A DNA stretch of 53,408 nt from the NCBI GenBank assembly GCA_944388735.1, contig CALXJX010000006.1, forward strand, positions 1-53,408. Reading direction: 5' to 3'. Shown piece after piece: positions 10,127-22,206 of the stretch. The notes under the pieces are model-generated. The model searched no databases. It was given only the letters and a program-made list of their open reading frames with translations, and had not been told where the DNA came from. Numbering within the stretch: the first letter of the stretch is position 1; each line of letters begins with the position of its first letter. The DNA is from an uncultured Clostridia bacterium (GTDB lineage Bacteria; Bacillota; Clostridia; TANB77; CAG-508). Both the position numbers and the translations under genes were made by a program.

Positions 10127-11065
10127 TTATATTTCCAATAAAATACTCCCTGTATTTAATCCTCCACCATAACCTAACAAAATAATTTTGTCTCCACGTT
10201 TAAGCAGTTTATCTTCATACATTTCTTCTAATGCTATTGGTATTGTTGCACAAAATGTGTTTCCAACTCTTTCAATATCCATATACATTTTTCCCTCTGG
10301 TAGGCCTAATCTTGATGCAATTGATTTCATAATTTTTTTATTTGATTGATGTGGAACAATATATTTTATATTTTCTATATTTTCATTAGATTTTTCTAAT
10401 AGCTCTTTTATATTTTCTACAGTTTTTGTTACTGCGTATTTATATACTTCTTTTCCGTCCATATTTATATATTCATTTGATTTACAAGTTAGTATTTCAT
10501 TGTTGTCTCCATTTGAAACTATGTGTGAACAATATTTTTTTTCTTTTTGGCTTTTTTCTATAAGTGTTGCTCCAGCTCCGTCTGATAGAATAATAGATGT
10601 ATTTATATCTTTTTTCTCTATAAATTTTGATAAAACATCTACTCCTATCACTAAAGCTTTTTCTATTTGAGTATTTATTAAGTACATTCTAGCAATATCA
10701 AATGCATTTATATATCCACTACATCCAGCTAATATGTCTAAGCATATACAATCTTTTATTTGTAATTTTTTTTGTATATAATTTGATATTCCTGGCATTA
10801 GTTGATTTGTGGTAGTTGTTGCTGTTATAATTAATCCTATTTTTTGTTTAATTTCTTCTAACTTGGTATCTTTATTAAAAATGCTTTTTACTGCTTTTAG
10901 TGCCATTTTTTCTATTGTTTCGTCATCTATATAATATCTCTGTTTTATACCTGTTCTTTTTTCTATATACCCTTTTTCTAATTGCAGGATTTCTTCCATT
11001 TGATTACTCGTTACTTTTCTTTTAGGAAGATATTTTCCATTTTCTACAATTTGTATACTTTCCAA
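10127..11065 (-). CDS. fabH: Beta-ketoacyl-ACP synthase III
   Basis: AGCSG, DGAGA, PHQSN, GNT, GYGGGL; first gene of fab cluster. Confidence 0.92.
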   Translation of the reverse strand: MESIQIVENGKYLPKRKVTSNQMEEILQLEKGYIEKRTGIKQRYYIDDETIEKMALKAVKSIFNKDTKLEEIKQKIGLIITATTTTNQLMPGISNYIQKKLQIKDCICLDILAGCSGYINAFDIARMYLINTQIEKALVIGVDVLSKFIEKKDINTSIILSDGAGATLIEKSQKEKKYCSHIVSNGDNNEILTCKSNEYINMDGKEVYKYAVTKTVENIKELLEKSNENIENIKYIVPHQSNKKIMKSIASRLGLPEGKMYMDIERVGNTFCATIPIALEEMYEDKLLKRGDKIILLGYGGGLNTGSILLEI

Positions 11066-11166
11066 TTTTTTCCTCTTTCTTATTTTTTGATATATGTATT
11101 TTACATTATTTTTTCATTTTTTTCTATTGGAACAGGTGGTCGAATTTTTTAAATTTTTTTCGATAT

Positions 11167-11294
11167 AACTGTTCAGAAGATAATTGAGGAAGTATGATTT
11201 CTCGAGCAAGCTTCGATTATGCCACGGTAGTCTATGAAGCAAGCCGAGAAGATTGCAAGATAAATCATACTTCTCCAATTGACCTTTGAACTTA
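11167..11294. repeat. Family B palindromic element (short internal form)
   Basis: gttcagaagataattgaggaagtatgattt...aaatcatacttctccaattgacctttgaac with aagccgagaagatt core. Confidence 0.75.
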
Positions 11295-11363
11295 TATGAT
11301 ACAATAAAAACCCTCTTTGAATAAAGAAGGTTTTATTTTTAAAACTCATAATTAAATTTTGTA

Positions 11364-12818
11364 CTATTCTGCATTATTTTGAGTTGTATTTCCTGTTGTA
11401 TTAGTAGATGATGTATTTGATGTTATATTAGATGTTGTGTTTGATGATGTATTAGTTGATGTTGTATTGCTTGAAGCTGCTTCATTAGTGTTTCTAACTC
11501 CAATTCTATCAAGATATTCTTCAACATCATAAGTTTTATCATTAGCTCTCATATAATAATGTTCTTGATTTGAGCTAATAACTAAATAAATATCATCTAC
11601 AAAAGCTGAAAATGGTTGTTGTCCTGAAGAATTAATTAATGTATATTTTCCGTCTTTACATGCTACCATTACATTATATCCTGGGATAACTAGCAAGTTT
11701 AATGCATCCTTATTTGTTGAAGCTATATATCCAAAACTATCATAAGTAAAGTCTACTAATTGGTTTCCATTTTTGTCAAATAGTCCCCATTTTCCGTCTT
11801 TTTCAATAGGTATTAAATTGTCAACTAATATATATTTATTCTTTATATTATTTTTTTCAAATTTTGAAATATCTATTCCTATTGCATCATATTCCGCATA
11901 AATTTTTGTATTTCCTTTTGTATCTATTACACCATATTTTCCGTCTCTTTTAACCAAGTAAAGACCTGCATCAATATCCATAAGTTCTATACTATCATAT
12001 AATAAGTCAATTTTAGTCTCTTTATTTCTTGATATAACACCTGTTTTTCTATTGCTTACTACTAAAAAGTCTTCTGTATAAGGTAAATATGTAATACTAC
12101 TATATTTAGGCTCTAAAATTTCTTTTCCTGTGTTTGTTTCTATAACACCATAATAATTACCTTTTCTTACAATAAGCATACTTCCGCTACTTGCAAGTAT
12201 TGCTTTTTGATTGACAAAAGTTTTGCTTATTTCATTATACCCATAATTTAAAACTTGTTTTTCCCAAGAACTAATTAAATATGGCATTGTATAAATTTGT
12301 ACTCTATTGGTATCTCTATTGTATGAGAAAGATATGTTAAAAGCTTCTTGTAGTCCTTCTGTCGTAATACATAGTTCTCCATTTATTGCTTTAACCGGTT
12401 TAGTTGTATAAAAATATTCATAATTATCTGATGAACTACTAATATCTAATTTATATATTTTATTACTGTTTAATTCAAAATTTGCTATTTCTTTTTCACC
12501 TTGGACATAACATTTGCTAGCATCTTCTGATCTATTACTATATTCACCATTATAACTTTGATATCCAAAATAAGATGCTATTCTTTTAATAGGAACATAT
12601 ATTGTTCCGTCATCCTCAAAATGAAGCAATTGTACTATATTTTGATTTGCCTTGCCATTTAATGATACTTTCAAAGCAGTACTATCTAAATATGCAATAT
12701 ATGCCACTATTCCTATAATTGCAAATATTAGGATAATAATTATTACTAACACAATTCTTGCAATTTTTTTATTCTTGTCTACCTTTTTAGTTTTAAAACT
12801 TTCTTCTACTAAATTCAT
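11364..12818 (-). CDS. Membrane-anchored WG-repeat protein with Ser/Thr/Asn-rich tail
   Basis: N-terminal TM helix; repeated units such as DGKYGVIDTKG and DGKWGLFDKNG; low-complexity C-terminus. Confidence 0.7.
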   Translation of the reverse strand: MNLVEESFKTKKVDKNKKIARIVLVIIIILIFAIIGIVAYIAYLDSTALKVSLNGKANQNIVQLLHFEDDGTIYVPIKRIASYFGYQSYNGEYSNRSEDASKCYVQGEKEIANFELNSNKIYKLDISSSSDNYEYFYTTKPVKAINGELCITTEGLQEAFNISFSYNRDTNRVQIYTMPYLISSWEKQVLNYGYNEISKTFVNQKAILASSGSMLIVRKGNYYGVIETNTGKEILEPKYSSITYLPYTEDFLVVSNRKTGVISRNKETKIDLLYDSIELMDIDAGLYLVKRDGKYGVIDTKGNTKIYAEYDAIGIDISKFEKNNIKNKYILVDNLIPIEKDGKWGLFDKNGNQLVDFTYDSFGYIASTNKDALNLLVIPGYNVMVACKDGKYTLINSSGQQPFSAFVDDIYLVISSNQEHYYMRANDKTYDVEEYLDRIGVRNTNEAASSNTTSTNTSSNTTSNITSNTSSTNTTGNTTQNNAE

Positions 12819-12833
12819 TTGTTTTCCTCCCCA

Positions 12834-13979
<1,146 letters not shown>

Positions 13980-13984
13980 TCAAA

Positions 13985-15007
13985 TTATTGTATAAACATA
14001 GCATCTCCAAAACTAAAAAACCTATATTTTTCTTTTACTGCTTCATTATACGCTTTCATTATATAATCTTTTCCTGCTAATGCTGAAACTAGCATTAATA
14101 AAGTTGATTCTGGTAAATGAAAATTTGTAATTAATCCATCCAAACATTTAAATTTGTAACCAGGATATATAAATATCTGTGTATCTCCTTCTGTTTCACT
14201 TACTTTACCACTCTCATCTGCAATAGTTTCTAAAACTCTACAAGATGTCGTTCCTACTGCAATAACTCTTTTTCCATTTTCCTTAGCATTATTTATTTTC
14301 TCTACATCCTCCTTTTTGATATAAAAATGTTCTGAATGCATTTGATGTGCTTCAACTGTTTCTTCTTTTACTGGCCTAAAAGTTCCAATTCCAACATGTA
14401 ATGTGACATTAGCTATTATAACACCTTTCTCTTCTATTTTCTTTAATAGTTCTGGTGTAAAATGTAATCCTGCTGTTGGTGCTGCTGCTGAACCATTATA
14501 TTTTGCATATACTGTTTGATATCTATCCTTTTCTTTTAATTGTTCATGAATATATGGTGGTAAAGGCATAAGTCCAATTTTGTCTAATATCTCATTGAAT
14601 ATTCCTTTGTATTCAAATTTCACCTTTCTTGTTCCGCCAGGCATGGTTTCTAATATTTCTGCCTTTAATATTCCATCTCCAAAAATCACTTTTACACCTA
14701 CATGTAATTTATTTCCTGGTCTAACAATACATTCCCAGATGTCTCCTTCTATATTATTTAACAATAAAAATTCAACATTCGCCCCTGTTTCTTTTTTTCC
14801 ATATAGCCTAGCTGGTATTACTTTTGTATTATTTCTAACTAGCACATCTCCCGGTTCTAAATAATTGATTATATCTTTAAATTTTTTATGTTCTATTGTC
14901 TGTTTTTGCCTATCTAATACCATTAATCGAGATTCATCCCTCTTTTCAATTGGTGTTTGTGCTATTAGTTCTTCTGGTAATTCATAATTAAAATCTGATA
15001 CTTTCAC
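13985..15007 (-). CDS. queA: SAM:tRNA ribosyltransferase-isomerase
   Basis: [40 protein letters not shown]. Confidence 0.97.
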   Translation of the reverse strand: MKVSDFNYELPEELIAQTPIEKRDESRLMVLDRQKQTIEHKKFKDIINYLEPGDVLVRNNTKVIPARLYGKKETGANVEFLLLNNIEGDIWECIVRPGNKLHVGVKVIFGDGILKAEILETMPGGTRKVKFEYKGIFNEILDKIGLMPLPPYIHEQLKEKDRYQTVYAKYNGSAAAPTAGLHFTPELLKKIEEKGVIIANVTLHVGIGTFRPVKEETVEAHQMHSEHFYIKKEDVEKINNAKENGKRVIAVGTTSCRVLETIADESGKVSETEGDTQIFIYPGYKFKCLDGLITNFHLPESTLLMLVSALAGKDYIMKAYNEAVKEKYRFFSFGDAMFIQ

Positions 15008-15059
15008 TTTTATTCCTCTTTCTTTTTGATATTTTACTATATTAATCTTTATTTATCAT

Positions 15060-16430
15060 TTACATATCTGTTACGTTTTCTTGTTTTAGAATTGTTTGCA
15101 TGTTTCTAGTAAAGTTTTTCCATATACCTTGAATTTCTTCAAGTAAATTTTGTGGTTCTTTAAAAAATTCTTCTATTTTGTATGAATACTCAAAATTGCT
15201 TTCTTTAGCAGGTTTTAGCCTATATATTTCGCTTGGTAATCCAATTTTTTCATTTGAGGCTGTATTTATATTTTTATTCATATAATCTGTATACCATTTT
15301 TTCTGTCCAATTAGCCTTTCATTTTTATATCCATATTTTTCATAATCATGTAATTCTGGTCTTTCATATCCATATTCTTTTGCATTTCTTTCAAGCGAAT
15401 GCAGAAACTCATGTAAGAAAACTTCTTCTGGAAATTGATTTATTTTGGCATTATATTTATATATATAGTTCTTTGAATCATTTGGTAATCTTATATTTGA
15501 AAATCCTATACCATAATAATCCATTGATCCTAATCCTATCCAGTCATTTATCTTTATATCATTTTGATATTTTTCACTTCCTAGTTTAACAATTACAAAA
15601 ATATGATCATAACTATTTTGAGCTAATATATCTTTTATTTGATTTTCTACATTTTCCGGTGACACATAATATCCAAATTCATCATCATAAGATAATTCAG
15701 TAATAGGTGTTTCTATTTGATAAATGTCACATTTTGCTGTCATTTTATTTAAAGAAAGCTGTGAACAAGATTTTTCAAATCTTGTTATAGTATTCGAAAT
15801 ATCTGACACTTCATTTTGAGTCACATTTATACTTATTTGATTATTATTAATATTTACATTTGTATTTTGAAATATGAAACATGCAAAATCCCAATTACTA
15901 TTTTCATCCTGTGTTCCTTCTTCTAAAGTGAAATTTGAAAACCAAGCTTCTCCCTTTGCTTCTCCAAGTACACCACCTAGTCTAAATCCTATTTCTACTT
16001 TCTCTCTATTTTTTGAATTAAATAGCATTTCAATTTTCTGCCAGTCTTGTGTTCCTATAATGGTTTTGGACTTTTCTGTGGTATTACTGACTGATATCTG
16101 AGCTCCTACACCTTCTATATTGTCTTTACTTTCTACTTGGTTTGTTTTTACCATACAAGTTACTTTGTATGGTGTATTTTTTTTCACATTAACTTCTTTA
16201 AAAAACATTGCATCATTATATTCATTTGATTGTATTTTATAGCTCCTTGTACTGTCATACTTTATTTCTTCATCTCTTTTAAATTCAGCTGTATTTATCC
16301 TAGATTCACTTTTTATAAAGTCATTAAAATTGTTTAATTGATAAAATTGATATGCTATATATATTAGTCCAAATAAAATTAAAAAAGTAATTATATTTTT
16401 TATAATTATTTTTCCTTTAGTTTTATTCAT
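15060..16430 (-). CDS. Membrane-anchored protein with carbohydrate-binding-like domain and HEXXH zinc-peptidase motif
   Basis: N-terminal TM; beta-sandwich-like segment (VKKNTPYKVTCMVKT...GTQDWQKIE...GEAWFSN); HEFLH. Confidence 0.6.
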   Translation of the reverse strand: MNKTKGKIIIKNIITFLILFGLIYIAYQFYQLNNFNDFIKSESRINTAEFKRDEEIKYDSTRSYKIQSNEYNDAMFFKEVNVKKNTPYKVTCMVKTNQVESKDNIEGVGAQISVSNTTEKSKTIIGTQDWQKIEMLFNSKNREKVEIGFRLGGVLGEAKGEAWFSNFTLEEGTQDENSNWDFACFIFQNTNVNINNNQISINVTQNEVSDISNTITRFEKSCSQLSLNKMTAKCDIYQIETPITELSYDDEFGYYVSPENVENQIKDILAQNSYDHIFVIVKLGSEKYQNDIKINDWIGLGSMDYYGIGFSNIRLPNDSKNYIYKYNAKINQFPEEVFLHEFLHSLERNAKEYGYERPELHDYEKYGYKNERLIGQKKWYTDYMNKNINTASNEKIGLPSEIYRLKPAKESNFEYSYKIEEFFKEPQNLLEEIQGIWKNFTRNMQTILKQENVTDM

Positions 16431-16527
16431 AATTTTTCTTCCTTTTTACTTTTTAATTACCTCTTTAATTATTATATATTATTTTTTATAATATATCAAT
16501 GTTTCTCGTATTAAGTTATTAAAAATC

Positions 16528-16746
16528 TGTTAACAGTTAAGAGGTCAAAGGAGAGACTATGATTTCTTGAGTAATCTTCTCGGCTTGTTACATAAATTAT
16601 AAATTCTAAGCTTTAAACAACCGAGCCTCTCGTTGCTCACGCTTCCTCAGTTATTTAAAGCTAAGAATTTATACATTTATTTCACGGCACATTCGAAGCT
16701 TACTCAAGAAATCATAGTCTCTCCTTTGACCTCTGAACTGTTACAA
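16528..16746. repeat. Family B palindromic element (long form, opposite orientation to 31961 copy)
   Basis: Arms gaggtcaaaggagagactatgatttcttgagtaa / ttactcaagaaatcatagtctctcctttgacctc with nested inner stems. Confidence 0.85.
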
Positions 16747-16810
16747 AATCTGTAATTCTAGAAAATTACAAAAATCCCCAGTTATACTGAGGATTGATTA
16801 TATTTTTATT

Positions 16811-18070
16811 TTATACTTTTTCAACAACTTCTGATTTTTCAGGAACTTCTGTAATCTTTATATCTCTAACATGATTAATTTTCTCCCATGTTGTATTTCT
16901 TTTAAACAAACATTTGAAATTAATTAATAACCAAGATCCCATAAATAATGGATAACATAGCAATCCCTTTAGCATAGGCTTAATTGGCCTTTTATCTAAC
17001 ATCATAACAATTGCTGCCGTTCCTATAGGTAATAAAAATGTAGGTATTAAATATCTTAATATGTTCATAACTAATTCTGTATCTGTCATACCATTTGCTG
17101 CATACATTAGGAAGTTTGTTGCTAGTAATATTAATGTTATAACAAACATTGGTATACTTCCTATAATATATAAAAACCCATCAAAATTCATCATTGTTTT
17201 ATTTTCTTTGGCAGCTTCAGCTAAAGGTTTTGTATATTCTTTTATACATTGAATATGTCCAACAGTCCATCTACTTCTTTGTGACCAACTTTGCTTAAAC
17301 CCTGTTGGTTGTTCATCATATACAATTGCATCTGTTGCCCATCCTAGCTTTTTACCTTTTAGAATTCTTTGTAATGAAAACTCTATATCCTCTGTTAATG
17401 TTACTGTTTTCCATCCATTTTCTTCTTTTATGATATCAAATCTTACCATAAATCCTGTACCATTTAATAATGGCGATAAGCCTAAATTATATCTTGCTAA
17501 ATGATAAAATCTATGCATAGTCCAATAGAATAGTGCATATCCAGCTGTAATCCAGTTGTCTGACGGATTTTTGATATCTCTGTATCCTTGAACAACATCT
17601 TCACCTTGGCATAATTTTTTGTTCATATTTTTTATGAAATTTTTATCTACAATATTATCTGCATCAAAAATACATATAGCATCATATTGTGCATCTTCTT
17701 TTATTTTTTGTTGTAAAAACCAATCTAGTGCATATCCCTTAGTTTTTTTTGTACTATCAAATCTCTCATATACTATTGCACCAGCTTCCCTCGCTACTTT
17801 TGCTGTATTATCTGTACAATTATCTGCTATTACATATATATCATATAAATCTTTATTGTAATTTTGATTTTTTAAACTTTCTATTAGATTAGCTACTACT
17901 GGCTCTTCGTTGTGTGCAGGTATAATTGCCATAAATCTGTGATCTTTTTTTATTTTTAATGGTTTGTCTTTTAATTTTACTAAAGAACATAAACTAACTA
18001 ATATTTGATACAACCAAAATATTGTTATAGTCCATACTAATGCTTCTCTTAGTATATATAAATAATCCAT
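16811..18070 (-). CDS. GT2 family glycosyltransferase (processive-type motifs)
   Basis: IIPAHNE, DAD, TED and QRSRW motifs; TM segments. Confidence 0.9.
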   Translation of the reverse strand: MDYLYILREALVWTITIFWLYQILVSLCSLVKLKDKPLKIKKDHRFMAIIPAHNEEPVVANLIESLKNQNYNKDLYDIYVIADNCTDNTAKVAREAGAIVYERFDSTKKTKGYALDWFLQQKIKEDAQYDAICIFDADNIVDKNFIKNMNKKLCQGEDVVQGYRDIKNPSDNWITAGYALFYWTMHRFYHLARYNLGLSPLLNGTGFMVRFDIIKEENGWKTVTLTEDIEFSLQRILKGKKLGWATDAIVYDEQPTGFKQSWSQRSRWTVGHIQCIKEYTKPLAEAAKENKTMMNFDGFLYIIGSIPMFVITLILLATNFLMYAANGMTDTELVMNILRYLIPTFLLPIGTAAIVMMLDKRPIKPMLKGLLCYPLFMGSWLLINFKCLFKRNTTWEKINHVRDIKITEVPEKSEVVEKV

Positions 18071-18202
18071 TTTTTTACCTCTCTTTTAATAATATTCTTT
18101 TATATATTATTATGATACCTTTTTTATTATACTATTAATGCCAAAATATTGCAATATTTTTTTAAAATTTTTTCTTTCATGAGTTCTAGTCTAGCATCCC
18201 AA

Positions 18203-19489
18203 TCATTTTTCCCTGCTATATATTGAAGCATCTTGTTCTAAATCCTTGGCTACCTTTTCTGCAATTTGTTCATTAGTTAAATTATCTTTATAGTTTTCTT
18301 TTGCTCTTCTTATAGTCTCTTCTATCTCTTTTCTTGTAAAAACTTCGTTTATTACATCAACTTCTAATAATTCCTCCGTTGTTTTCTCTATAAACTCTTC
18401 ATCATGATTATGACCTTTTGTACCTTCTTCTCCATCAATATCGTCAGTTGTTATTTCATCACAATCATTTCCTTCATTTTCTTTCTCTATATTCCTTACT
18501 TCTTGATATCCTTCTTCAACAGAGCGATACCCGTCTCCATATTCACTTGCTAAATCTCTCTCCTCTTTCTTTAGTTCCCAAACATTATCTGTCTCTAATT
18601 CTCTGTCTAAGCTTTTATTTCCTTCTATACTTTCTCCTCCGAGTGTCTTTCTTGGAGAGTGATATATTTTTAACTCTCCATATTGCCCATTCTTTACTGA
18701 AAATGTACCTTCACCTATTTTAAACCTTGATAACACATCGTCTTTTTCAACACTTCCGTCTTGATTTACTTGATAATTTGTTTCAAGCGGATTGTTTCCT
18801 TCTTGGTGATCTTGTTCTAAATTCATTGGCACAACAGTTCCGTCTGTTGCTATGGCAACAAATGAATATCTTGTAGAATTTACTTTAGATTTTTCGCCAT
18901 TTTGGGTTGTAAGTTCATCCATTTGATCTGATTCTATTATCCCCATTTTGGTAAATTTCTTACCTGGAATATTTGGTATTTTCCCTTCTTTTTGAAGTAA
19001 TTGTCCTAATGTCTTCATGTCTGTAGTTTTATTTTCAAAATTCATTTCTTGTTTTACATTGACATCTTCTTCTGTTGCAAATTTAATAGATTCATTTTCG
19101 TCTTTTTCTTTTTCATTTTTCTCTTTAGTGTCTTCAATAAATTCTTGTTCTAAATCAATCTCTGCAATTCTTTCTATTTGTTCTTCATCTTCTAATCCTA
19201 GTATATCTTTTATTTCTCCTACTTTTTCTTGTTCATAGTCCTTTTCTGTTTCCTGTATTTCTTCTAATGATACATCTTCTAAAATTTTATTTATTTCATC
19301 TTTTATTTCTGCTGATAATTCATTTTCTATTGAATTTTCTTTAAATATAATTTTTTGCATTGATACATCCTTATCATATCCTCCAATTTCATTATCCCCT
19401 AAATAATATACATACCTATCATCATCAATATTCTTGACATATAATGCTTTTTCACCTTCATCTGTATTCACAGTTCCTAATATTTTCAT
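18203..19489 (-). CDS. Highly acidic hypothetical protein
   Basis: Long Glu/Asp-rich ORF; start uncertain (19489-19531); no family recognised. Confidence 0.75.
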   Translation of the reverse strand: MKILGTVNTDEGEKALYVKNIDDDRYVYYLGDNEIGGYDKDVSMQKIIFKENSIENELSAEIKDEINKILEDVSLEEIQETEKDYEQEKVGEIKDILGLEDEEQIERIAEIDLEQEFIEDTKEKNEKEKDENESIKFATEEDVNVKQEMNFENKTTDMKTLGQLLQKEGKIPNIPGKKFTKMGIIESDQMDELTTQNGEKSKVNSTRYSFVAIATDGTVVPMNLEQDHQEGNNPLETNYQVNQDGSVEKDDVLSRFKIGEGTFSVKNGQYGELKIYHSPRKTLGGESIEGNKSLDRELETDNVWELKKEERDLASEYGDGYRSVEEGYQEVRNIEKENEGNDCDEITTDDIDGEEGTKGHNHDEEFIEKTTEELLEVDVINEVFTRKEIEETIRRAKENYKDNLTNEQIAEKVAKDLEQDASIYSREK

Positions 19490-19613
19490 ATTTGCATTCA
19501 TTCCTTTCACATTTTTTTGAAGTGTATACAATTATTTTTGCTTCTTTTCATTATCTATTTTACTATATTTATTTTTCTTTATCAATGGAATAAACATATT
19601 TTTGACAAAAAAA

Positions 19614-19736
19614 TTGTAACAATTCAGAGGTCAAATAGAGCAAGAATGCTTTCTTAAATAAGCTTCGAATGTGCCGTGGAATAGATGATTGCGAAAGAAA
19701 GCATTCTTGCTCTATTTGACCTCTGAATTGTTACAA
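19614..19736. repeat. Family B palindromic element (internally deleted)
   Basis: Perfect arms ttgtaacaattcagaggtcaaatagagcaagaatgctttctt / aagaaagcattcttgctctatttgacctctgaattgttacaa. Confidence 0.85.
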
Positions 19737-19802
19737 AAAATTTGCAATTTATATTTCTAGTATGCTATAATTATTTTATACTACATATCTTATGAAAGAG
19801 GA

Positions 19803-20345
19803 TTGTTTATGAATAAATTAATTAACAGTGCAATAAATGAAGATAAGGAATTTTTAAGTATTGTTGAAGAGCTTGTAAATAATGAAACTGTTCAAGAAAT
19901 GAAAAAATATAGACAGCACTATGAAACTAGTTGCTTTGACCATTGCTATATTGCTTCTTATTATTGTTATATAATTTGTAAAAAATTAAATTTAGATTAT
20001 CATTCTGCTACAAGAGCAGCAATGTTACATGATCTATTTTTATATGATTGGAGAGTAAGACAGCCTGACAGAAAAGGTCTCCATGCTTTTACTCATGGAA
20101 AAACCGCTTGTGAAAATGCTTGTAGATTATTTGATTTAAACGAAAAAGAAAAAGATATTATTATAAAACACATGTGGCCAGTAACTACTGCATTTCCTAA
20201 ATCTATTGAAGGCTTTATATTGACTTTTGTAGATAAATATTGTGCCATGCAAGAGACATTCGATGTATTTAAATCAAAAGCTTTTGCAAAGGCGACTTTT
20301 CGATACATATATGCTTTTTTAAGTTTAATTATTATAAGATTTTAA
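19803..20345 (+). CDS. HD-domain phosphohydrolase
   Basis: H...AMLHDLFLYDW...H...HMWP...DK pattern; upstream TTGCAA-18-TATAAT. Confidence 0.85.
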   Translation: MFMNKLINSAINEDKEFLSIVEELVNNETVQEMKKYRQHYETSCFDHCYIASYYCYIICKKLNLDYHSATRAAMLHDLFLYDWRVRQPDRKGLHAFTHGKTACENACRLFDLNEKEKDIIIKHMWPVTTAFPKSIEGFILTFVDKYCAMQETFDVFKSKAFAKATFRYIYAFLSLIIIRF

Positions 20346-20542
20346 AATATAATTATATATGTTATAAGCATTAAAATTAATTTTTTAATGTTTTTTATCT
20401 GTTCAAGAAATTATCTTATCATCTAAAATTTTACTATTATAATATAAAATTTTTATTTTCTATTCTTTTTGCTTTTTTTAATAATATAATAATTAAAAAA
20501 TATAATTATATTTTTTGCTTATTTCTTTATTCGGGTGATTTT

Positions 20543-21421
20543 ATGAAAAAAATTTTATTCAAAGGCTGTGGAACGGCAATCAGTACACCTTTTGATAAAA
20601 ATGGTGTGAATTTGAAAGAATTTGAAAAACTTATTAATTTTCAAATTGAAAATGGAGTGGATGCTATTATAGTGTGTGGTACTACTGGCGAATCTTCTAC
20701 AATGACTGAAGAAGAAAAAAACGCTACTATATTATCTGCTGTAAAAACTTCAAATAGCAGAGTACCTATAATTGCAGGAACTGGTGGCAATAATACACTA
20801 AAGGTTATTGAGAATTCTAAAAAAGCAGAGAATTTAGGTGTTGACGGACTTTTAATTGTCACTCCATACTATAACAAATGTACTCAAAAAGGACTAATCG
20901 AACATTATAAAATGATTAGTCAAAATACTTCTTTACCTATTATTTTATATAATGTTCCTAGTAGAACTGGTGTTAATATTCTTCCAGAAACTTGCTTAGA
21001 GTTATCTAAAATTGATAATATTGTAGCAATAAAAGAGGCAAGTGGAAATTTATCACAAATTGCAGAAATTGCACATTTATGTGGAGATAATTTAAATATA
21101 TATTCTGGAAATGATGATCAAATATTACCAATTTTGTCTCTAGGTGGATTAGGTGTCATTTCGGTTTTATCAAATGTAAAGCCTAAATATACTCATGAAA
21201 TGATTCAAAATTTTTTTGCTGGAAATATTAACAAAGCTACAAGTATGCAATTAGATGCTATTCCTTTGATAAAAGCTCTATTTTCAGAAGTAAATCCTAT
21301 CCCTGTAAAGTCTGCTCTAAATTATTTGGGATTTGATTTTGGAATTCCAAGATTGCCACTAACTAAAATGTCTAGCGATAAAGAAAAGTTTTTATTTAAA
21401 GAACTTGATAAATTAAATTAG
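20543..21421 (+). CDS. dapA: 4-hydroxy-tetrahydrodipicolinate synthase
   Basis: GTTGES, TPYYNK, LYNVPSRTG, IKEASG, NPIPVK. Confidence 0.95.
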   Translation: MKKILFKGCGTAISTPFDKNGVNLKEFEKLINFQIENGVDAIIVCGTTGESSTMTEEEKNATILSAVKTSNSRVPIIAGTGGNNTLKVIENSKKAENLGVDGLLIVTPYYNKCTQKGLIEHYKMISQNTSLPIILYNVPSRTGVNILPETCLELSKIDNIVAIKEASGNLSQIAEIAHLCGDNLNIYSGNDDQILPILSLGGLGVISVLSNVKPKYTHEMIQNFFAGNINKATSMQLDAIPLIKALFSEVNPIPVKSALNYLGFDFGIPRLPLTKMSSDKEKFLFKELDKLN

Positions 21422-21430
21422 TATTTTTAA

Positions 21431-21512
21431 TTGTAACAATTCAAAGGTCAATGGAGGAAGAATGATTTCTTGAAAAAGCTTCGAATGTGCCGTGGAATAG
21501 ATGTATAAATTT
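21431..21512. repeat. Family B left arm only
   Basis: ttgtaacaattcaaaggtcaa...aagcttcgaatgtgccgtggaatagatg. Confidence 0.75.
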
Positions 21513-21552
21513 AACATTAATTTTAGTAAAAAAAATACGTGAGTTTTATCAC

Positions 21553-21598
21553 AAAAAAGAGGGATTTTTCAATACATTTGACTTCTCCCTCTTTTTTA
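21553..21598. terminator. Probable bidirectional terminator between dapA and rplS
   Basis: aaaaaagaggga...tccctctttttt. Confidence 0.6.
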
Positions 21599-21618
21599 GT
21601 TATAAAAATCATATTTTC

Positions 21619-22206
21619 TTATTTTTCTTCAGTTGTTTCTTCTGATTTAACTTCTTCTTTTTTTACTTCTTCAGCTTTTTCTTCTTTTTTATTTTCTTCT
21701 ACTTCTTTAACTTCTTCTACAGATTCTTCTTTTACAGTATCAACTGTTTCTTGAACTGTAACATTTTCTGTTTCAATAGCTGGTGCTTCTTCTGGTGCCT
21801 CTTCAACTGTAGGTTCATCTACTAGATCTTCTTTTATTGTAATTTCTTTGTCTTCTATTCTAGCTCCTATTTGTTCTTTAGTTTTTGAAGCTTTACCAAC
21901 TCTATCTCTTAAGTAGAATAGTCTAGCTCTTCTTGCTTTACCTACTCTTACTAATTCTACTTTTTCTACTAATGGTGAGTGTACTAAAAATGTTTTTTCA
22001 ACACCTACACCATAAGATGTTTTTCTTACTGTAAATGTTTGGTTTACTCCTCCTCCTTGTACTTTTATTATTATTCCTTCAAATACTTGGATTCTTTCTT
22101 TATTTCCTTCTTTTATTCTTACATGTACTTTTACAGTGTTACCAACTTTTAGTTCTGGTATTTTGTTCTTTAGTTGCTCATGTTCGATTGATTTTATAAT
22201 ATCCAT
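21619..22206 (-). CDS. rplS: 50S ribosomal protein L19 with acidic C-terminal extension
   Basis: [33 protein letters not shown]; ~80 extra Glu-rich residues. Confidence 0.95.
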   Translation of the reverse strand: MDIIKSIEHEQLKNKIPELKVGNTVKVHVRIKEGNKERIQVFEGIIIKVQGGGVNQTFTVRKTSYGVGVEKTFLVHSPLVEKVELVRVGKARRARLFYLRDRVGKASKTKEQIGARIEDKEITIKEDLVDEPTVEEAPEEAPAIETENVTVQETVDTVKEESVEEVKEVEENKKEEKAEEVKKEEVKSEETTEEK

